This document shows, one piece after another, positions 12,767 through 26,484 of a DNA stretch of 62,253 nucleotides. The notes under the pieces are model-generated. The model saw nothing but the letters and a program-made list of their open reading frames with translations. It was not told the origin of the DNA and searched no databases. This stretch comes from Girardia tigrina (taxonomy: Eukaryota), in assembly GCA_001938485.1 (NCBI GenBank), contig MQRK01219172.1, forward strand, positions 6,538-68,790, read 5' to 3'. How positions within the stretch are numbered: position 1 is the first letter of the stretch; every line of letters begins with the position of its first letter. The translations under genes and the position numbers were made by a program.

Positions 12767-13173
12767 TGTCAGGAATATTTTTGAATGGTGTTTATTGCGT
12801 GTTGTTTGGTATGTTGTTTTAGGATGGTATTTCTCCCACCCAGATGGAAGATTGATATTTTAAATATTTTAAAACGTCGGATTATTTAATCAATTATTAA
12901 AATTTAAACAACCAATTTTAAAATTATATTAATATTTCATAAATAATATTTTTCCTAAAATAAATAAAATTTATTTTAATTTAAAGTATAAATTATTTTT
13001 GTAGTAATTAAATTGTAATTTAAATTTGTTTGAATAATAAGACGTTAAAGAATATTATTAAAAAATTATCAATCAAGAACGATGACGAGCTAGGCAAGTT
13101 TTACGGAGAATTGTTCTAGCGACAATTCAAATTGTTATACAAATAAATGTAGTGTTAATTAATGTTCTTAATA
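12767..13173 (+). mobile_element. solo LTR (TGTGAGGAAT family)
   Basis: Starts tgtcaggaatattt, contains ctcccacccagatgg and ends gttcttaata. TSD ttact/atact (1 mismatch). Confidence 0.75.
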
Positions 13174-16069
13174 ATACTATCAGTTCAATTTCTGAGAGTC
13201 CTTATTGTACAATATAATAATAATAACATTATTATACTAAAAATTATCATAAACTATGTTTCCTTTTAATACAATTTAAAAACGTAATTTTATTTAGGAA
13301 ATATTAAATTATTGATAATGATTAGAGTAGATTGAAACATTTCCTATGATAATTTTTTAAAATATTTATTTGAATAAAAATATGTACATTTATGGGCCGC
13401 CAGTAATAATCTGCTCCTTTACATAGTCACTCCCACTTGATTATTTCAATTCTTATTAGACAGATAATTTTAGTTCTATGTAGGAATTTATAAAAATATG
13501 AATTTTGGGAAAATTGATGTAACAATAAATAATATTTTTATTCCGTATTCAGCTTGTAAAAAATATTTCTTTTATCTCTCCTTATGATGTATAAAATTCG
13601 TAACATGTTTTTTGTTTTGAAAAATGTACATCAAATTTATTTTATTCTCATTTAATTTAAATTATTTAAATTTATTGTTTTTATATAATCAAAAAGGATA
13701 AATCAAAATAATATTACAATATTTCATCGGCTCATTTTATAAAATTACCGAAACTAACGGTTAATTGACCGTTATAAAAACTTTGTAAGAGTTTTATAAA
13801 TGAAAATATTAAATTTAGAAATAATTGATTAATTAAAAGATAACTTTTTTCAGTAAACTACTTTTTTGATATTTAATGATTCGATAACTTTTGACCTTTG
13901 GACACAAAGCATTAATAAATTAAAATTTGACAATGCACAACAATTTAATCGGGGTATCTGTGTGTCTGTATATGTATGCGAGTGTGTGTATTATAACTTC
14001 TTTTTGTTGTACATCTCACTGGCGAATTTCTCCGGCAAAAAGCAGTTTGTATACATCCATACATGTTGCCTAATGGTGATGCTGAATTAATTTATGGGTC
14101 AAATATTGAATTAAAATATATGTATAAATCGATATATACATATCATTGAACATCCACAACTGATGGGTTGTTATTCGGTAATGATGACAACACGCACAAC
14201 ACATAATTTGACTAATTTTCTTTAATCAGCGTCTATTATCATCAACCAGACAAAGGTATTTTTCGTCACTTATCGTACCTAACAACATTCAAATTAAAAT
14301 ATTTTATTACTATTAAATGTCTATAGAAACAGTTTTATTTTAACATAATCATATTTTTCAATATTATAAATAAGTATTGTAATATATAAAATTTGTTTAT
14401 TTTTGAATTTTTGAAAAAATAATGATGTTTTTCTTTTATTTCCCTATTGGGATCGTTATTCATTGTTCAATAGAAAATAATTGAAATACACATACACACA
14501 TTCACATCATTCTCGCAATTTCGTGTTACCGCATTTATGTAGGTCACTAAATGTGCATTGATGACATGTTACTATTTGAGACTGTGTGCGAAAAAGTGAA
14601 AAACCGGAGGTTAAATATACACTTTGAAATATTACTTTTGTGTTGCAAAGTTATTTTCATTAAAAATATAAAAATATAATTAAGTTTTAAAAATGAATAA
14701 CAATATAAATTCATACATTGAAATTTATAAGGAAAATTTAATTCTTAATTGGTTTTAACCTTTTTAAACTGGTATTTATAATAAGTTGGAGTTTATGGTG
14801 GAGGTCTATTTATAATCATAATGTAGAGTTGTTCTTCAATGATGTATCTCAAATGTGCTCCAAATGCGTAGGTTGAATTTAAAAATACATACTTTTGGTC
14901 AATGAATCTTACTCAGAAATGATTTATTTAAAAAAATTTTCTATCAGTGATTTGTAGCCTTTATTCTCTATTTATTAGATGATATTGTAACAACTCACGA
15001 TATTTCTTTTGGTTACTGTGGACAGTACCATATAGGGAGCATATACAATTTACCTAAAATTTTGTAATTAATTCAATGGGCTATCAGAGAACAATTTCCC
15101 GCTTGTACAAGCGATGTTATAAGTTACCAATATTTTATTTTGTTTCCTCTCAGAACTCATTATTTATTTTTCATGTGATTACTTAAAACCTTCATTTTTA
15201 TCTTTCTGTTAAATTGTTATTGTTTACTAAAATTTTATTAAGTAATTTCACCTTTCTTTTTATTTAAATTATTATACTAAACGTGAATTTAGGGCATAAA
15301 TTATTTGCTACCAAGTTCCTTTAACTATAATATAGATATAAAACAAAATCAATACGCACGAACATACATAAATAGATAAAATCTGTAAAGCGAAATTCTG
15401 AGTTCATTTTATACATTGCAGAAATTTTAATAGACGAAAAACTTAATTCAGAGCTACATTAATATTTCAATTAACTAAAGTGATCCTATGGTAATTATGA
15501 TTACCAAGGTAATAAATGGATGAAAGGCCAAAGAACTTTTTACTAACAAATTTGTAGAGTTATTGATATCAAAAAGTAAATGAAGATAGGCTATAAGTAT
15601 CGGCTACTTTTTTCGTTGTTTCAAATAGATAATATTGATAAGGAAAATTTGAAATATTCTTGATAATATTAAGGAAAAATTTGAAACCGGAGAGGAGCAC
15701 AAACAGAAAAAAATCACGATTAAATTGTTGATAGATGTTAATGTGAATTTGTTATGTTATGACTTATGTAAATGTATGTGTTGGCTGAATCAGTAAGAAA
15801 CATTATATAAATACTAATTACATTTTTTAATAAACAATTAAATGAAATTTAAAAAGATTTAGCAAAACGATAAATATTTTGCTAAGAACAAGAAAGTAAT
15901 AAAGAAAAGAACATAAAAAACTAGTAATCATCTAACATTCTCTCTGTGTAGTGATTGCCAATCCAAAATGAACCTTCAAAGGTTATCAGTAACTTTGATT
16001 CATTGATGATTGGGAAAGTGGTTGTTGATCACGAAATCGGTATTGAAATCTATTTCTTTTAGATTTTTA

Positions 16070-17857
16070 TTAGGTTGATGCAAAAAAATGTCGTTTTTTA
16101 TGTATTTAAAATTCATTGTTTGAAATATTTAGAAAATCATTAATAAATAGATTCATATTTAAATTTACTTTAAAGCTTAAACTTTACTTTATATTTTGAT
16201 ACCAAGTGTTCGGGATTCGAACATTTGAATTATTATATTTTTTCTTTTTAAAGTAAATTATTATCTTTATGTATATTATCGTTGAAATTGTTTTCTAGCA
16301 AATCGATATTGCGTACTTTATTTGGAGAAAAAATCGAATTATGTTAATAAATTGGTCGAAATTGAAATTGATTAGGAAAATTTGGGCAATTTATGATTAT
16401 GAATTATTTGAATGTAAATTTTTTATGATTGATCTGTGTCACGGAATTTTTTGATGTTAAAAAATAAAAAATGATGATTCAAATTTTTGATGAAATTTGT
16501 AACGTCCAATAACGTTTTTAAAGAAAGATTCTGTGTACGTGATTAGTTTATGAAAAAATTGTTTAAATAAAAAATTGTTGAAATTATGATAACCTATCGA
16601 GTTATTTTATCGTATCAATTAAATCAAAGTTGTAATTAAAAAGATTTCTACAGTTAAAAAATAAAGTTGGTACGTGACTTAATATCGTTCTGAATTGATT
16701 AGAAATAAATTATTTTTGATAATAAAAATTTGCGGGAGATCGAAATTTTTGATATTTTATGAACGAACTCGAAATATCCATCGATAATATATTGATCGCA
16801 AATATTAATGTTCCAATTAGACAAATTAATCCGCGACTTAGGTTATGAAGTCGAAAAATTGATTGAAAATATCGAAATGGAAAAAGCGAAAATAATCGAG
16901 TAGATAAAAAGACAAAAGATCTCGAGCGTCAATCTGAAGAAATTTCTACGCAAAATAAACTTAAAGAAAGTGATATTATCAAACTCGAATCGATTTTAGA
17001 TTAACATTTGAAGAAATAATCAAATAAACGGCACAGTGTTTCTGTATGATCAGTGAATGTCGGTGTTGGATGAAACTTACAATGATTTAAATAGAAAGCA
17101 AAATGCTTTTAGAGAAACTTATTCCAATAAGATTAATTTTGACAAAGCGAAATGTGAATCAATCAATTCGAACATCGATACTGAAATGGTTAAAATATTG
17201 TGTGAAAGATTCGAAAGATTTAACGACAAATCGAATTCGATAAATGGAAACAGCTCCAGTGTTATTGTTCATTCACTTCTCAATAAATGGGCCCAGCATT
17301 TCATCCACAGAATTTCCCTGTGCAACCCTGCTATCTCCGTCCGATTCTCGGGGCGACCATTACAGCTTCCTAAAACATGGCGAAACAATTACAGCGGAAA
17401 AGTATTGTCATCAAATTGACAAAATGCATCAAGAACTACAAAAAAACGGCCGGCACTACTCAATAGAAAAATGCTAATTCTTCAGCATGACAACGCTCGT
17501 TCACATGTTGCAAGGAAGACAATGCTGAAGTTAAACGAAATGGTATATAAAACTTTGCCTCATCCACCGTACTAACCAGACCTTTCTCCTACAGACTATC
17601 ACCTTTCAAACATGTCAGTCAGTTCCTTCGCGAAAAGTGCTTCAGAAACCAAGGAGATGCTGAAAGAGCCTTGGACGACTTCATCGCCTCCAGAACTCCA
17701 GAATTTTATGAAACTGGAATAAAAAACTTGTTACCCATTGGCAACAGTGTGTTCAGTGTAATGGTTTTTATTTTGACTAATAAAGTTAATTCTAAAGAAA
17801 GTTATGTTCATTTAAAGTTGACGGTTTAAAAATGGCATTTCTTTTGCATCAACCTAA
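16070..17857 (+). mobile_element. mariner with both TIRs; only the transposase C-terminal third is retained and the interior is replaced by foreign sequence
   Basis: TIRs ttaggttgatgcaaaa / ttttgcatcaacctaa with TA TSDs. From ~17360: HYSFLKHGETITAEKYC, HDNARSH, HPPY*PDLSPTDY, CVQCNGFYFD*. Confidence 0.88.
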
Positions 17858-18156
17858 TACCTTTAATTTTTTGGATGAACGATTAATATTTCCTCACATT
17901 AGTTTCTTTTTTGGTTATTTGATTTAGTTCACTCATATCTTCCTCTTCTATTTTATGTGAATAATACGGTGAGTTCTTCTAGTTTCTGTTTAACACCTTC
18001 TCATCAGTTACTTTGGTTTTTTAATAGAAAATTTAAACATCAATGAAATTAAAGATCAACTTTTGAAAGTTGAAGAAATTTATTTTGTCTTTAAATTTGT
18101 TTTCTTTAAGAGTTTCTTGAAAATATAAATATTACAATATAATTTAAATTGTTTAA

Positions 18157-18384
18157 CCCTTAGTAGCCTGATTTACGAAAGTGATTTATTTTTAATATTG
18201 CCGCGCAAGTAATATGTCATAGATAAAATAAAACAATAATGACATTTGATTTTTTTTTAATTTCGTTGGAAAGAATATTATACAACAGTAAAATACGTAC
18301 AGCAAACCTATAAAAAAATAATAGTAATGTGAACATTCGGTTTAAAAGATTGGTATCAAAATTGAAACTCTAGGTTATTAAGGG
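18157..18384. mobile_element. piggyBac-like MITE
   Basis: TTAA|cccttagtagcct ... aggttattaaggg|TTAA. Confidence 0.75.
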
Positions 18385-19371
18385 TTAAATTCTAAAAGAC
18401 TAAGCGATAATCTCAAATGTTTAATTGATCAGTGATTAACAATTTTATTATTTAACCTTTAAATGCTTCCACCAGGAACTAAATTCACTAGTTTTATATG
18501 CTGTAAGGAAAAGTTTTTTCTTATTAGGTTTTTGACTTCCTGTGACACCTATCCTTCAAATAACTCGTTTAGATCAATTGTGAAAATGTTATGAAGAAGT
18601 TTCAGAATAAAGATTATGACATGTTTTTTCTTAAAGTTTTGTTTGCTTAAATATTTTTTCATATTAATTAAGAGAGTTCACGAGCGCTGATCATTTAAAC
18701 CATTCTATAAGCGTGATTAGTTTAATAATTGTGCATTTATAATGCACAATTAACTTAATATAATTAATAAAATAGAAAAGAATAAAAAATAATTTTAAAT
18801 TCAAATGTATTATTTTTATTGATTTGTTTCTTAACTTTTGTTTTGTCCTCATCATAATCTAGAAACGGGTAAAAAGTGTTAAATATTGAATGGTGATTTC
18901 GGTATTCAAACAATGCACGTGTTGTTTTGATGAAATACTTCAGGTTGTGGTATCCATCGGTATACTATGAGAGCTCCTATTTAGAGACAGAAGGAATAAT
19001 GTTACATTGACAAGTCATTCATTTATATGGTATTCTAACAGTTATCCAATATGAATGTGATCTTATATTTACATTTGGTCATGTTTTGATCTAGCTAACG
19101 AACATAACTAGTTAACAGCAAAAGCACTTGGTTGACTAAAACTGAAGGTTTCAAAAAATTAATGTGAAAGTTTCTTTTAAAAAAAATCGATTAATGTTAC
19201 TAGCGTGAGAATAAATCATTACTTATATTCAAGATATTCATTTATTTATTATTGCTTATAATATTTGTAAATTTAAAATTGCTGAATTTTGGTGAATATA
19301 TTATTTAGTGTTATTAGTTTATTTCCTTTTAACGGATTTATTTAAAATGGGCTTAAAATCCTTACATTTAG

Positions 19372-19486
19372 TGTGCGGCTTATAATACGGCGTATTGTAC
19401 ATGCGGCTTATACGTTATTGTTTTTATGGGAAAAGCAGGCAATGTGCGGCTTATAATATGGAAATTATAGTGCGGAAATTATGGTA
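19372..19486. mobile_element. pogo-like DNA transposon terminus
   Basis: Three tgcggcttata repeats end in gcggaaattatggta. The partner end was not found. Confidence 0.45.
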
Positions 19487-20451
19487 CCTTTGTTACGGAT
19501 TGAGTTTAAAATAAACAAATAAAAAAATTAAAATTAGGAAAAAAATATATTTTTTATTTATATAAAGTTTTTGTGTAAAATAAAGTTAAAGTTTATCATT
19601 TTTTTACTGATAATAAAATATTGGTTTTGTAAAACATCTTTGTTTTTTTGTGAACTGGAAAGTTCTAAATTTTAGTGACTTTACTGTGTTGTTGCGTAGC
19701 AACAAAAAAAGCAAATTAATGTGAATTAATAAACTTTACTAAACTGAATTTTTTGTCTTCGTTGTGCGGATTTTGAGTATTTAGTGGAATTGAGATCAGG
19801 TGAAATTGGGGAAAGATTAATATTTGATAAACTATTAAAACGATTATAGTTTTCGATTTGTAAAGATATTTAAAAGATTTTCAAAGAAAGAACGAATTTG
19901 TAGAGTGTTTCATTGGATTGTTATGAGATCGATGGAAGCTCGAATTCTTTGTATTTGGACGATTTGAGCTGTGTTTTCAGTGTCGAAAATAGTGATACAA
20001 CATGAGAATAAATAGACCAAAGGAGCGTTTATTTGGTGAATTTTTGAGTATAGTGAATTCGATATTGAAGAAATCTGATCCTAATTGTCTCCGAGGGGGG
20101 CACAGCCCTAAGGGTCTGGGTGCTATAAAATCCCCTCCAGACATCAACTTTTTTGAAAAATATGTGGCATTTAATAAGAACACAATCTCTTATTTTTAGG
20201 ACAAAATTCATTTCCTTTAAACTTAGATTTCATTGAATTTTGTAGTATATCAGTGAAGCTCAAAGGAACAAACGAAAAATTAAGGAATTTTATCAAAGAA
20301 AGTTAATAACTCTTTTCTTTATCCTAAATTTCTTTAACTTTGACATGATCATGAAATTGTAAATGTCTCAAAACCAGTTTACTGATTTAAAATTCAAGTA
20401 TAGATTTAATATTTTGATCAAACGTTACAGGGTATTTCATTTCTATATACC

Positions 20452-22000
20452 TATTAAGAGCATTTAAACAAGTCTCGTTTAAATCTTTATTGCAATTACA
20501 TTTAGAGTCATTAAGACTCTCAGAAGGTCTTTGATCGTTTGCCATCGTTCCAATTCGTTTTCTTATTTCTGTTTTTAATCATGATTATTCGAACAATTTT
20601 TCTAAATTATTTTTTTAAAATATTTAACCTCTAAAAAATATTAATTAAAAATATTAATTTTTACCATTTTTCAATAAATCCCAAAATAATAAAAATGACA
20701 TCAAATCATTAAAAATGCATTTAATTTAAATTTTACTAAAAATTATTAAACTTAATTTTAATTCTGAAAATAAAGATATGAACTTATAAAATGATTATTT
20801 TAATTATGTTCGATTAGTCAATCACTTTAAATTTAAATAAAAAATACCAATTTCCATCTGGGTGGGAGAATCACCATTCTAAATTCAACATACAGCATCC
20901 ATACATTTACACATTCAAACAATTTAAAATATTCCTCACATCCCCCTCGGTTTAAATGGCTTTAGCCATTCTACATTTCTGATCAAGATCCTGCCGTCCT
21001 CTAGTTGTATCTCATAACGTCTTTCGTGTCTTTGCTTTATAATTTTAGCTGGTCCCATATAACGGTCATCATCTTTTGATGGGTTAACTTTCTTTATCAA
21101 GACTTTATCTCTGACCTGAAATATTAGTTTTGTTTCAATTATATTTTTATTTGCTTTTTCTCGATTTTTCCTTCTGTTGTAGTTTTCCACCAATGTCTTA
21201 GTCTTCTTCCGAAGATTATCTCGGCTGGAGATATTCCAGTTGTTGCTTGGATTGTACCGTTTAACATGAATTCTATTTCTGCCAACATTTCTACCCAATC
21301 TCTATGCATTTCATCCTTTAATCGTATATTTATGGCGTCTCTTATTGTTNNNAATTGTCTTTCTATGATCCCGTTAGTGTTATGGTGATAAGGACTTGAA
21401 TAGACTATCTCCGTCTTAAATCTTTTCGTCGTTTCTTTAAAGAGTGCTGATTCAAAAGTTTTCCCTCTATCAACGTGTATCTGCTTTGGTGGTCCGAATT
21501 TCCAGATCCAATTATCTAATAGTACCTTCCGTGTAGTCTTCTCGTCTTGGTGTGCCACTGCGGTCAAACTGATCTACATACTAAATTGATATATTATTGC
21601 AAAAATGTATTGGTATCCATTCATAGTCCTTCTGAATGGTCCACAAAAGTCCATGTATATTTTTTGAAATGGTTCGTCGACAGATTGTTTAATGTGTTTT
21701 TATTTCGTTTTTACCGCCAGTGTCTTCCTTTTCTGGAAGTTTGTGCAACTTTGTACAATGTTCTTTATTTGTTGTCTCATTTCAGACATATCGAAGTCAT
21801 CTTTTATGTAATTGTAAACTTTCTTACTTCCTGCGTGGCATAACATTCTGTATATCTTCTATAAAGTCTTTTCTCTTCTTCCGAGGGATCCAATATTTGT
21901 TATCTCTTGTCGTCACGATATTGTTTTTTAGAAGCCATTCTTTTGTCTTTCCCATTCTAATATTTTCTTTAATCTGTTCTATTTCTTTATCTGTCTATCT
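20452..22000 (-). mobile_element. Ty3/gypsy 3' fragment: integrase, PPT and 3' LTR (20452-20940)
   Basis: WIWKFGPPKQIHVDRG, SSPYHHNTNGIIER and YMGPAKI motifs. PPT aaaccgaggggga, then LTR tgtgaggaat...ctcttaata, closely similar to the 61123 solo LTR. Confidence 0.9.
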
Positions 22001-22002
22001 AT

Positions 22003-22858
22003 AAGGTTTAGGATTATTATTGTAGAATTAACGAACGAGGGCCATTCAACGGGTCGGATACAAGAAATTATGAAGGTTAGACATGGTATTATTGTTTCAA
22101 AGCGGGGCATTCAAAAGATTGTACATAACTTCAAGTGGTCGAGAGACATCGATAAGTGGTCGAATGTAGTTTTTAGCGATGAATCTATGTTCCGCACATA
22201 TAGTCACACTCGTAGCGAAATCGTTAGAAGGTTTGACAATGAAAGGCTTAGTGACATTTGTACTAAGAAGGTCCTCCAACACGGTGCCCAAGTTCATGTA
22301 TGGGGATCTTTCTCCAGATTTGGTGTTGGTATCTTAAAACGGATAAACGGAAATTTAAATTCGAAGAACTATCAAGACCTAATTGTCAATGACAGACATT
22401 ACAGGGCAATGCTTGGTATTCCCTCTTCCAAATTTTATATTTCAGCAAGACAATGCGCCTTGCCATCGATCAGCATCAACAGTGTCTTTTTTGATAACAA
22501 AGGAGATAAATATTCTTGATTGGCCTGCCAACTCACCAGATGTAAACCCAATTGAGAATTTGTGGGGTATTATAAAGAGAAAAATAAATAATATGGATAC
22601 TTTGAATTCAGAGAAAATGTGGATAGAAATACAAAAGTTATAGTACAACATACCAAGTTCTTTATGTCGTCGACTTGTCGATTCGATGCCGCGAAGGGTG
22701 TCTTCAATCAGCAAGATGAAAGGATACCACACAAAATATTAAAAATAACATTTTTATTTGTAAATATAATATTTACTTCCACTTCATCGTCTTTTTACTT
22801 AGAAAATTTGTATAAGTGATGATGTTTATGGGTGCGAACAGACTTTTGGAACGCACTG
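22003..22858 (+). mobile_element. Tc1 (DD34E) element, 5'-truncated and internally deleted
   Basis: FSDES, QQDNAPCH and WPANSPDVNPIENLW motifs. Right TIR gacttttggaacgcactg followed by TA. Confidence 0.9.
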
Positions 22859-22860
22859 TA

Positions 22861-23265
22861 CAAATTAAAAATTTATACCCATAATTTTGTATTTATTATA
22901 AATGATAAATTTTTTAATACATAAATACAAAAATACATAAAGCATGAGTTATTAAATAAAGGACTGTCTCTGACACGCTTTCTCAAACCATTCCAAAATA
23001 TGATTGAAGAATCCTCGACATTGACTCGAATAATCCTTTTTTGTGAAGGGAACACGATCGATACATTTCCTAGTCGGCAAATTCGGAAATTCAATTTTCA
23101 CACCACTTGACTTAACCATTGAAAAGAATTCTTCAATGGGATTCAATTCTGGAGAATATGGCGTAAGAAATTTAAATGTAACATTATTTTCTCTTAGAAA
23201 GGATAAAACAACGTTGGTCTTGTTAAATCTTGCATTGTCCATGATTAGAATGTATGAGGGGTTAA
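22861..23265 (-). mobile_element. IS630/Tc1-type (DD34E) transposase C-terminal fragment
   Basis: ORF 22952-23242 reads MDNARF...LTPYSPELNPIEEFFSMVKS. Confidence 0.8.
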
Positions 23266-23329
23266 TTTAAATTTAATTTTAATTAAAATTTAATTTCGCC
23301 AAAATAATTTTTTTTAATTTAAAAGGTAA

Positions 23330-23600
23330 AATATTTTATTGTTAATATGCTTATTAAATATTTTAAAATTAAAAATGATATAATAAAACAACTATTAAAA
23401 AATCAAATACGTATTTAAAAATAAAATATGTTTTTAATGTGTTTTTTAAATTATTAAAAATTAAAAATGATATAATAAAAGAAAATCATAAAAAAATTAA
23501 ATATATATTTAAAAGTAAAAAATATCTTTTTAATGTATCTATTAAATATCCTAAAATTAAAAATGATAAGAAAACCATTAAATATTAAATATTTATTTAT
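23330..23600. repeat. degenerate ~95-bp AT-rich tandem repeat (about 3 copies)
   Basis: ttaaaaatgata recurs near 23369, 23461 and 23557. Confidence 0.5.
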
Positions 23601-23849
23601 AAATAAAAATATTTTTACAGTCATAACAATTTATATATTTTAATAGAAGTTATGAAACAATTTTAAATAAATTTTAAAATAAAATTTTAGTTTTAATGTG
23701 AAAATTATTTAATAAATTTGCAAGATTTTAAAAAGTGAATCGAAAAGAATTTAATAGATTAATTTGTGGCGAGATAATTAAATTAACAGAAAAATTTGTT
23801 TAAATATGTGAATTGTTGTTATATTAATAAATTTTGGTGTTTTCAGATA

Positions 23850-24557
23850 CGGATATTTGATTCTCAATAATTTCTATTTCCTCTTCATCTGTGCTAATAC
23901 CACCCTTCATTTCGGTAACAAATTCATCGTAAACATTAAGGAATTCGTCAACAGACATAACGAATGATTCTGGAATATAAAGAACATCAGAAGACAAATT
24001 AATAAGACCCTGAATATCTTGAAAATAATCATTCGCTGTGAAGCTTCAGGAAGGTGCAGAAACTACAGAATATCCACAATGAGAAAAACATCGCATAACT
24101 GTAATCTCACGAACTGTAATCCAGTAATCCTGGAACTCTTTCCCCCTTCTCCACAAATAACATTGCACGTTACATTGTGGCAATTTTCAAAGTTCTGATA
24201 TTAGCCATAGGATGCTATAAAATCGTTATACTGAAGTTTCCTATTATATGATATGGCCCTTTCCTGTACTATTGGGCCAGATACATGAACGTTTAATGCA
24301 CCCATGTTCTGAAACAACTTCCAGGTCTTTGTATTTACGGAATCATACTGTCCAGATATTGTGACATGTTTGCAAGTTAAGCTGCATTTGTTTTTAAAGG
24401 TGTTAATAAAAAAACGTTTACGCTCAAGGATTGACTGTGCTTGTGTTGTGCTGCAATAAAATTGCTGAGCAAGCTGTCTTTGACTATTTTCGTCCTTATC
24501 ATGCTTCTTGGTCAAGTCTATTTTATGCTATAGAGTTAATTCTCTTCTTTTGGTCAT
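23850..24557 (-). mobile_element. pogo/Tigger (CENP-B-like) transposase relic
   Basis: MTKRRELTL..SQRQLAQQFYCSTTQAQSIL (psq HTH) and VSGPIVQERA..FIASYG (CENP-B HTH). The DDE domain is mostly deleted. Confidence 0.75.
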
Positions 24558-24839
24558 TTGTAAAAAATGTGGCTGAAAAAAATAAGCACTTATAAAACAA
24601 TTATTAAATGCTTACTGAATTTGAAGACAAACAACAGGAACAGTGGAGAACAGTCCGTGTTTATTATATTCACCCTCTTTATACTACAACGAGCAAAGGT
24701 GCCGCACATTTATAAAATCTTTCTCGGTATCTCGACAAACTTTAAGAACAAAACCACATGTACAGTGTACATACAGTACTATAATTAAAATTAAAATTAC
24801 AATTAAATAACCCGATCCAGAAAATTCTTACTTTTTAAT

Positions 24840-25640
24840 TACTGGCTCCTATCATCTCTTGACTTGTAAGGGCCTCCACGTTTCTCGATATGTCTCTGTC
24901 CCATCCGTCTATCTCCTCCATTTCGTCGATTTATACTGATTCGATTTCCACCCGATCGGGTTTCGATTCATCTGCTTGCCTTCTTGTCTGAAGCATTGGT
25001 ACCATAAATATCCTTTTGTCTTACAATTCATGCATTTTAAATATGAAAATTCTCTCAAGATTTACCCTTTGACATGGTATCCGTCACACCGTTTGACGTT
25101 TTGGGTGCACTTCCGTTTCATGTGTCCAGTTTTAATAAAATTGAAACATTCAGTAATCTTAATCACCGGCCTCTGATATCTCTGTTGTTTTCTTTGATGA
25201 TAAATTTAGTTTCATTTGATTGATTCCGGTCGAAACTCTTCTTGTCTGTTGGAAAAGAGTTCGTTTCCAGAAATATGATGTCTCTCGCAACAAATTCGTG
25301 AACTTTTTTTCTGTTGCAATAAAGCAATCTCGTTGGATTATACTTCAGCCTTGATGAGTTTCATTTTCTCGATACCCGTTTTAATGGAGTCCGCAAATAG
25401 GTCATCAATTCCTATTTGTTTTACTTGTGTAACAGCACTCAGTCCACGATATTTTTCAATTTTACTGAAAAATATTGTCACTGAATCATCTCCTTTCCTG
25501 TATGTCATCTATAAAGAACACCAATATGACTTTCAACATTTTTATTATCACAAAAAGTTTGATTGTCCTCAGGAAAATCTTTGTTAAAGCTTTTGTAAGA
25601 TTGCACCAGTCTAAAAATTAATTACTTTAATCTGAGCAAA
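24840..25640 (-). mobile_element. degraded RTE-like LINE 3' fragment
   Basis: Minus-strand IGIDDLFADS (RT domain 5-like) and downstream RTE-like remnants. Confidence 0.45.
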
Positions 25641-26484
25641 TGGAGAACTAAAGAAATTGTTAAAATATCACAAATCAACAAATTTAAACTTTTTGTCTGT
25701 TTCTTTTATGAAAATGTTTTTCCCCACTAAATCACATTTGCTGATTACGAATCCACTATTATTTTCTACCCAGAACCCCTAGTTTGTCTTCCACAACTAC
25801 CCTGGTTTGAAGACATTTATATACCAAATGTTACTAAAAATAGAACACAGAAAATTCTATATATAATTGTACACATCAGTGCTCCGTAACCTTTTTACAC
25901 TCGCTGCACATTTAAGAATTTCAGAAAATTACCCGGCCAACCAGAAGCAAAAATCTGAAACAAATTAAGTAATTTTATACAGTGCACATAATATAAATTC
26001 CATTTATTTATTTTTATATATGTGGTCCGTGGCGTCCCGAACCACTCAATTTCGTGTAGTCTGGTTTGCCCCTCGTGGTTGATCTGTTCGAGCCACTGTC
26101 ACCCAGGGTTGCGGTACCGGCACGTATGATGGCGAAAGCATTGATCTCCCGCGTGACCGCTGGGACGGCTATGCAGCCGCTCTCGATCTCCTCCAAAAGC
26201 CCGAAAGTAATAACACCCGACCCCATTGTGTTAGATCCATCACAGACTTTGTTTGAAGTAATAAGCATTTTTATAAAACTCATAAAATCAACATGCAGTG
26301 AAGCAAAATGAAGATGCAGTTAAATTCTTTATTTGTCAATTTTTTGCCTTTTTTTACAAGAGTTAAAACAACGAAATTTTTTATTTACACATTTATTTAT
26401 TAGATTGTGAAGTTTTTTATTAATTAATATTTTGAGCAATGTCAGAGCATCACCATATACATATTATAATTTGTTTTTAAATTG

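Noticed and set aside
19491-19703. TG...CA segment resembling a solo LTR
   Set aside because: No TSD, PBS or second copy in the window.
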